Under the pieces are notes generated by a model, which had not been told where the DNA came from, did no database searches, and saw only the letters and a program-made list of their open reading frames with translations. Of a DNA stretch of 64,000 bases, positions 26,137-32,600 are shown piece after piece (the first letter of the stretch is position 1; each line of letters begins with the position of its first letter). The translations under genes and the position numbers were made by a program. Origin of the DNA: Bacteroidota bacterium (GTDB lineage Bacteria; Bacteroidota; Ignavibacteria; SZUA-365); assembly GCA_034002405.1 (NCBI GenBank), contig JAVFAS010000010.1, positions 2,272 through 66,271 of the forward strand, given 5' to 3'.

Positions 26137-26251
26137 GGTTTGCGCGCCGCCGCGATGCGTGCATGGTTGCGTTTCTCGCACGCCGCCGCGATGCGTGTAT
26201 CGTTGCGTTTCTCGCACGCCGCCGCGATGCGTGCATGGTTGCTTTTCTCGC
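26137..26251. repeat. 36-bp tandem repeat (two full copies plus two partial) in a divergent intergenic region
   Basis: Unit GGTTGCGTTTCTCGCACGCCGCCGCGATGCGTGCAT. Full copies at 26165..26200 and 26201..26236, with partial copies on each side. Confidence 0.85.
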
Positions 26252-26357
26252 GGGCGCGGTTCAAATTGTCTCGAATCCACACACGAAGGACGCCGGGGAT
26301 GCGCGCAGCAGACGCGCAGCGACGCGCGTCCGGAATACCGACTTTACGGAGGAGTAT

Positions 26358-27056
26358 ATGCGAATTCAGATTCTGGGCATGCTCGCGGTCGCGCTGCTGT
26401 TGTCGGCCTGCGGAGCATCGGTCAATCCCGCCCTGCAGCGACGGGTGGTCGAGGGCTTCAACAAAACGTCGGCGACGGTGTATGACGCGTCGTCGGCCTA
26501 CACGAAACCCATGCCGTACGCGGTGGGACAGTATGTGACCCACGGCACGACCGATGGTGACGAGCGCATGATCGTTCGCACCGCGCTGGTCGGCCGTGAC
26601 GGCGAAACCTGGATCATGGAAACCGCGACGCTCAGCGAGAGCAGCGAGACCATGATGCAGATGGCGGTCAGCGGCATGGAGAAGGTTGGCGAGTCGATGG
26701 ACCTCGACGATCTCGACATCAAATGGATTCGCCTCCGCAACGAGGATGGCGAGGTACAGAAAATCGACGGCATCGCGTTGTCGATGATGAAGGGGACGTA
26801 TGCGAAGATGCTGACGGGCCTCGCCATGCAGTTTTCCGCCGACCTGTCGACCATGACAGTGCGCGTACCCGCCGGCACGTTCAACGGCTGCACCAAGGCC
26901 ACGTCGAAGGTCGAGACCTTCTTCGGGGATTTCGAATCGGAAGCGCAGCTGCATCCGAAGGTCCCGCTCAACGGTGTGGTGCGGTCGGTGTCGAAGGACG
27001 ACGGCGCGACCACGGAACTTCTCGATTTCGGCACCAACGCCAAGGCCAGCTTCTGA
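26358..27056 (+). CDS. lipoprotein, unknown function (232 aa)
   Basis: GGAGGAG Shine-Dalgarno sequence before ATG 26358. MRIQILGMLAVALLLSACGAS contains the lipobox LLSAC. Confidence 0.7.
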   Translation: MRIQILGMLAVALLLSACGASVNPALQRRVVEGFNKTSATVYDASSAYTKPMPYAVGQYVTHGTTDGDERMIVRTALVGRDGETWIMETATLSESSETMMQMAVSGMEKVGESMDLDDLDIKWIRLRNEDGEVQKIDGIALSMMKGTYAKMLTGLAMQFSADLSTMTVRVPAGTFNGCTKATSKVETFFGDFESEAQLHPKVPLNGVVRSVSKDDGATTELLDFGTNAKASF

Positions 27057-27099
27057 CCCTCTCGTCGGTGCATCAACAATCGCGCGCAGCAACGAACAA

Positions 27100-27129
27100 C
27101 TCCCGCAACGATTGCGGGAGTTTTTTTTT
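27100..27129. terminator. rho-independent terminator between convergent genes
   Basis: ctcccgcaa-cga-ttgcgggag followed by T9. Confidence 0.85.
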
Positions 27130-27164
27130 CGCGGGCGTTTTTTTCGCGGAAGCAACCGCGTGCG

Positions 27165-29411
27165 TCAGTCCGCGGGCGACACGGTGGCTGCCCGGTGGAA
27201 GCGCCGGCGGATGGTCCGCTCCGCGGTGGCGGGATCGAGAGACGCGGTGGCGGGATCGAGAGTCGCGGTGGCGGGATCGAGAGACGCGGTGGCCGTGACC
27301 GTGACCTGCTTATCGGATGAAAATGTCTTGTATTCCGTGGGAAGGTAGTGCTCGTTCGCGATCCATGCTTCCACGGTGTCGACGATGTCGGGGAGGGAGA
27401 GTCCCATCACCGAGAGGACCGAGACGCGTGCCTGGAGGGAGCGCAGGGCGGCGACGCCGAACGATCCGCTCGGTCCGCAGGCAATGGCGGTATCGAGCGC
27501 GAGCCGGTCGAGCATGCTGGCCACGACCATCCCGGGAGGATTGGATCGCACGAGACGCACGGTGTCCTTGACGAACTGCATGCCATCGGCGATGCGCGGG
27601 TCCATCCCCGGTACGGCGCGGGCATTGAAGGCAAAGAGTCCGCCCGCCTGCCGGTAGGCGAGCAGGGCGCGGTCATCGGCGCCACAGAACGGTCCGCGCA
27701 GGAATGCCACCACTGGCCGCGGATCCGCCGGATCGGTCAGGATGCGCATGGCCATGAACAGATGCTGGAGTTCCGGTACGCGTGCCGCCGCTCCCACCGT
27801 GCAGAATGCGCGGTGAGGGCAGGAGACGCAGGTGTCGGCGTCGGCATGCGGGAACGCGCCGTGTGCGAGCGCGTGATCCAGCGCGGCATGTGATACGGGA
27901 TGTGAATGTCCTGAATCATTTCGCTCCGCGTCCGTGACGGCGAGGTCGTCCGTGACGGGGAGGTTGCCCGTGACGGGGAGGTTGCCCGTGACGGGGAGGT
28001 TGCCCGTGACGGGGAGGTTGCCCGTGACGGGATGCCGCCACGATGCTGGCTCACGGACGCCGAGCAGGTATTCGAGAAAAAACGCGTAGGGACAGAGAGC
28101 ATGGAGCGCCGACGCTTCCGGTGGAAGATCGGCGGCTGTTTGCGTGATCAGTCCGGGACCGACATTGCCATCCCACTCCGAGAACTCCGCCGCGGACCGT
28201 GCGGCCGTGGCCCGGGCACCTTCGCGATGCAGGGGCGACCATGCGTGCAGCGCTGTTTCAACCGCGTCGGATGTGTGACGCGCGAAGGCCTGCATCCACC
28301 ATTCCGCCAGGGACAGCGGGGGCTCGGGCGCGGCGGACGGAAGCGGATGTCGCGGTTGCGCGGCGGACGCATGCGCATCGATGCCGGTACTTGTCTCCCC
28401 GAGGTGAAACAGATGCGGTCGTCCGGTCGGTGTACCGGTGGTGACGTGGAGATGTCCGGGAAGCGGGGTGGTCGTGGGCAGGGCGGTGCTGCCCGGTGCC
28501 TGCGGCACGAGCGGGAAGGAGGCCGCGTGGATGCGGGGGATCAGGATGCCCACCGTCTCGGGGGCGGGGACACGACGATCGCCCTCGGCGCGGACTTCCT
28601 CCATGAGTTCGGCGAGACGCGCGAGCGCCAGTTCCTCGCCGGGATAGGCATCGCGACACAGCGTTCGCACAAGCAGTGTTGCCCCCTCCGCGATCGCGTG
28701 GAGCGCGAGCGTGCCGTCAGCCGCGATCGGCGGTGTGATGTCGAGCAGACGAACGAGCCATGCACGGTTGGCCCGTGCCTGACGCAGGTCCCGGTCGGAT
28801 TCGCGCCGTACATCCGGATCCTGCTCGCCGTCGCGCACCGAGTCGGCATCCATCTCCATGGCCGCGATGTGGGCATCGATCGCCGCGAGCAACCGATCGC
28901 GTCCGTCGCCGATGCCCGCGTTGCGGAGCAGGTCGGCCATTCGCAAGCGTCCCCCGCGCTCGCCATCGTGGATGCACTCCTGCGGCGCGGGAATGCCATC
29001 ATACATCATGCGGATCAGATGCCGGACGGCGAATCCATCCGCGATCCAGTGCAGCCAGGCGACCACGGTCCGTGCCGCCTTGCTGTATTGCAGCGGCACG
29101 CCGGGATCAAAGGTGCAGGGAATGCCGAGAAGGCAGGACAGTTCATGAAAGCGCGGGAGAAGATTTCCGTCCGCGAGGAGGAGTTCACAAGAATCCCACG
29201 TCCACCCCTCCGCGAGAATCCGGCGCACCGCATCACGAAGCCGCACCTCGTCCGTCAGGGCGGATCCGTCCCGTGCCGCATCGTCGGCGGGCGAACGATG
29301 CACGGGCGCATCGTCGGCGGGCGAAGCGTGTGGCGGTGCGTCAAATGCGCGGGCGTCGGTCGTGTCCATCGTTCTCCACTGTGGATTGCACGCACGACGG
29401 CGTGCGCGCAT
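27165..29411 (-). CDS. AddB/AddA (RecB-like helicase-nuclease) relic: fused, motif-depleted remnant, possibly a pseudogene
   Basis: AddB-like segments: ELLLADGNLLPRFHELSCLLGIPCTF; GHLHVTTGTPTGRPHLFHLGE; the nuclease-entry motif ALCPYAFFLEYLLGV; and the Fe-S Cys cluster CVSCPHRAFC. The PD-(D/E)XK core between the last two is replaced by VTGNLP repeats. The following AddA/UvrD-like pieces (LTDPADPRPVVAFLRGPFCGADDRALLAY; VSVLSVMGLSLPDIV resembling degenerate motif V) are out of normal context. I saw no Walker A motif. Confidence 0.45.
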   Translation of the reverse strand: MRARRRACNPQWRTMDTTDARAFDAPPHASPADDAPVHRSPADDAARDGSALTDEVRLRDAVRRILAEGWTWDSCELLLADGNLLPRFHELSCLLGIPCTFDPGVPLQYSKAARTVVAWLHWIADGFAVRHLIRMMYDGIPAPQECIHDGERGGRLRMADLLRNAGIGDGRDRLLAAIDAHIAAMEMDADSVRDGEQDPDVRRESDRDLRQARANRAWLVRLLDITPPIAADGTLALHAIAEGATLLVRTLCRDAYPGEELALARLAELMEEVRAEGDRRVPAPETVGILIPRIHAASFPLVPQAPGSTALPTTTPLPGHLHVTTGTPTGRPHLFHLGETSTGIDAHASAAQPRHPLPSAAPEPPLSLAEWWMQAFARHTSDAVETALHAWSPLHREGARATAARSAAEFSEWDGNVGPGLITQTAADLPPEASALHALCPYAFFLEYLLGVREPASWRHPVTGNLPVTGNLPVTGNLPVTGNLPVTDDLAVTDAERNDSGHSHPVSHAALDHALAHGAFPHADADTCVSCPHRAFCTVGAAARVPELQHLFMAMRILTDPADPRPVVAFLRGPFCGADDRALLAYRQAGGLFAFNARAVPGMDPRIADGMQFVKDTVRLVRSNPPGMVVASMLDRLALDTAIACGPSGSFGVAALRSLQARVSVLSVMGLSLPDIVDTVEAWIANEHYLPTEYKTFSSDKQVTVTATASLDPATATLDPATASLDPATAERTIRRRFHRAATVSPAD
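27223..27294 (-). repeat. 21-bp in-frame tandem repeat, about 3.4 copies (encodes (A/T)(S/T)LDPAT)
   Basis: gcggtggcgggatcgaga(g/c)(a/t)c repeated at 27223, 27244 and 27265. Confidence 0.85.
27933..28031 (-). repeat. 18-bp in-frame tandem repeat: four perfect copies plus degenerate flanks (encodes VTGNLP)
   Basis: cgtgacggggaggttgcc at 27951, 27969, 27987 and 28005. A degenerate copy lies at 27933 and a partial one at 28023. Confidence 0.9.
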
Positions 29412-29468
29412 GGGATTCGAGGAAAAAGATACGGAAATCCGCGGAAGGAATTTTATTCACGGATATAC

Positions 29469-29497
29469 TTGACATGCAATATCCGGAATGGTATACT
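29469..29497 (+). promoter_or_regulatory. near-consensus sigma70 promoter TTGACA-N17-TATACT upstream of the giant cargo gene
   Basis: -35 at 29469..29474, 17-nt spacer, -10 at 29492..29497. This implies a leader of about 180 nt before ATG 29684. Confidence 0.6.
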
Positions 29498-29683
29498 TGG
29501 GACGTCTGAATCACAACCACGAAAGACTCAAATGATCCGTTGACCGTGCACAGAGGCCGGGGGCGGTGTGAGCACGCACCTTGCGCGACGAAACCGATGA
29601 GGAAAATCGGGACCGTCGCGATTGGAATTTCGTCCCAACATCAAGGTCACAATCTGCTTTTCATATACAGGAGAGGAGTTGCC

Positions 29684-32600
29684 ATGCAACGATGGTTCCG
29701 TGTCCAGATTATTCTGTACACATTCATCCTCGCGACGGTCGTGGTGCATGCACAGGCGCCGCAGCCGAGCTATGTCCCGCCCGATGCCGGCGAGTACGGA
29801 CTCGCCGCACACAATGAACATCTCGCCGTGATCGAAATCGACGCGACGGATATCGAAACAGCCATTCTGTTACGCGACGAATTGACGCGCAACGGCGCGC
29901 TGGTTTCGCTGATCACCTCGCCCCGGCGCATGCTGGCCTGGGTGCCGCCCACGGCGCGTGACGCCGTCGCCGCGACCCGCCTGCAGACCGCGACCGGGAG
30001 CATGTCGGTGCGTTCGGTTTCGTACAGCAGCGCCGAATTCGCGCGCAACCGCGCCGCCGACCAGATCAACGCCGAGGAAACGGAAGCGGACGAGGCGATT
30101 GTCGCCTATCTCGATTTCATCAAACGTCCGCTGACCGAAGACGACCGCCGGCGCATCGCCGCGCGCGAGGCGGAGATCGAGGCACTGGCCCCGACGTATG
30201 AAGACCGCGGATGCACGAGCATTCTCGAAATCGATGCGCCTCCGCCGCGCACGCTCAATGGCGGCATGCCGGCCGTGGGCGGGGAAGAGGATGCGTTTCT
30301 CCGGAAGACCACGCTCAAGGGGTATGTCGTTCATTCGAGCTTCTTTCTCGAGAGCAAGAGCGGCACCGGGTCGTGGAACTGGGATGCCACCGTGTACAAC
30401 CGGTACCGGAGCTTCTACATCGCCGGGATGAACTACTGGGTGAGTTTCGCCGCGCGCTACGGAAAAACCATCAGTACGTACTGGCGGCATTATTCGCCCT
30501 ATGTCAGCACGACGCAGATCAATGGTGAACCGGTCACCGTGGGAGAGGATTCCTTCATCCCGGTCGTGATCGGCCGCCTGGCCTCGCCCTCGGGCAGCGA
30601 CCAGCCGCCCAACTGGGCCAATGTCGGCGCGGGCCGCCGCTGGGGCTGGTGGTACAACAACAAGATCCGCGATGCCTTCAATGCCGATGAATCGATCCTC
30701 GGCTTCATCGCCTACAAGCCCAATGGGGACGAAGGCATCTGGCCCCATGCCGCGGTGCTGGGATGGAATAATGGCGACCGCGAAGGAGTGTATTTCGCCA
30801 TGGACACGCAGTACTGGCAATGCGAACTCGATCCCTTCGCCGCGCCGATGCGGAATGTGGTCGCGCATGAAATCGGCCATCTCTGGGGCGCGCCCGACGA
30901 ATACAAGAACGACAACTGCAATTGGTCGTACCGGGGCATCCCCAACATCAACTGCCAGACGCTGCACGCGGCGTATGGCCGGCCGGGCTTCAACATGCGC
31001 GGCTGGGATGGCATCATGAAGGGAAATTACATCCGTGGCAACAGCGTGGCCACGCCCGTGCACACCGGTGTGATCACCGCGGGACAGACGGCGCCCGTGC
31101 GCATCTACCGCAGCACGCCGACCAATATCACGCTCACATTCGAAAACTGCGACGGAGTGATGTCGCGCAACTGGTCGACGCCAATCGGGGTCGGTGTGGA
31201 TTTCGACTATTGCCACAAGGTCACCGCGCCGGCGTCGGTCTTCCGCAACGGACAGACCTGGTATTTCGATCACTGGAAAATCACGCGCGAGAGTGGCGCG
31301 ACCAGCACGATCGACTATTACGCGAATTCGCTTCCATCCAACTCCTATAACTCGACGTTCGCGAATCCGGCGAAGGATATCGAGGCGGTCTACACCAACA
31401 CGCCGCCCGACTTCATGACGTCGAACCAGACGCTCGAGGCACATCTCGCCCCGGCGGGAACGTCGAATTCCCCCAATCCCGCCATCGCGCTCAAATGGCG
31501 CAATCGCTACAACATGTCCGATGTCAAGACGATTATCGAGTACGAAGCCTCGGCGGGGAACTGGCGTCCCATCGGCTCCGGACATATGCTGCTCGGTCCG
31601 TTCAATGTGTCCATCGGTCAGTGGACCGGCGTGATGGTGTATGCCGTGCCCAACGCGACGGGGACGGGATCGACCAACGTGCAGGCGAACAAGCAGTATC
31701 GCTTCCGCATCGTCGGAGAATTCAACACCAACCGCGGCACGCCGTCGGTGATCGCCGCGGTGACCACGCGTCCCGCCGCGCCGCAGGACACCATCTACTG
31801 CCATGACAGCAACGAACCCAACAGCCTGGCGTCGCCGAAACAGCTTCCGTCCTCCGGCCCCGGCATGACCAGCTACTCCGTCGAGGGCGCCATCCCCATC
31901 ACGGGCATCGCCGGCGAGTTCAGCTGGTTCATCCCCGTCAATGACTATTACCGCGTTACGGTGATCAACGTCTCGGGCGCGCTCTTCGGTGAACGGTTGA
32001 CGATCCGGGCCCGTGTCAAGGACGGTTCCGATTTCAATCTCCGGCTCCGCGCGCAGCGCGTCGGCACCACCACGCACATCAACGCCTATTCCGAGGGCGG
32101 GGGCGTGCAGCGGATCAATCTCAGCGCGGATGGCGAGTATCTGATCAAGGTCGAGTCGAACATGAGCCAGACCGTCAGCTATGACTTCGTCAACCGCACC
32201 GGCGGCTATTTCGGCTTCGGCGAATACGAATTGATGGTGGAACGCACACTGGTGCAGCCGCAATTGCAGACGCCGTGCCTCGACTGCATCAAGGTCCATA
32301 TCGTCAAGCCCTTCCCGGGCGAACTCATCATGGAGCCGCATCCGAAGTTCGACCTGTTCACGCAGGGTCTGAGCAACAAGACGCCCACCATGTTCAATCT
32401 CCGCTACCAGGTTCCGCCGGGCTATTCCTTCCTCGGCTTTGGTGGTCGTTTCGGGGATCTCCCCAACAATCCGACGCCCATCAACCTCGGTCCGAACACG
32501 CCCGCGGGTGAGTATGACATCTATCCCATCGTCGAGCCCATCGATCCTTCCACCGCCGAACTCGTGGTGATTTACCCCGAAGGACCCGCGGGTCCGTTCG

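Noticed and set aside
26137-26251. Possible CRISPR array (also considered for 27933..28031)
   Set aside because: The repeats are directly adjacent with no unique spacers. The units are 36, 18 and 21 bp in head-to-tail arrangement, and no cas genes are present. They are simple tandem repeats.
26053-26357. N-terminal extensions of the flanking ORFs (25078..26280 minus and 26163..27056 plus) that translate into THRGGVRETQ and VAFLARRRDAC repeats
   Set aside because: These peptides are only read-through of the 36-bp DNA tandem repeat. Both genes have convincing internal starts that give a signal peptide or lipobox (26052 GTG; 26358 ATG with GGAGGAG).
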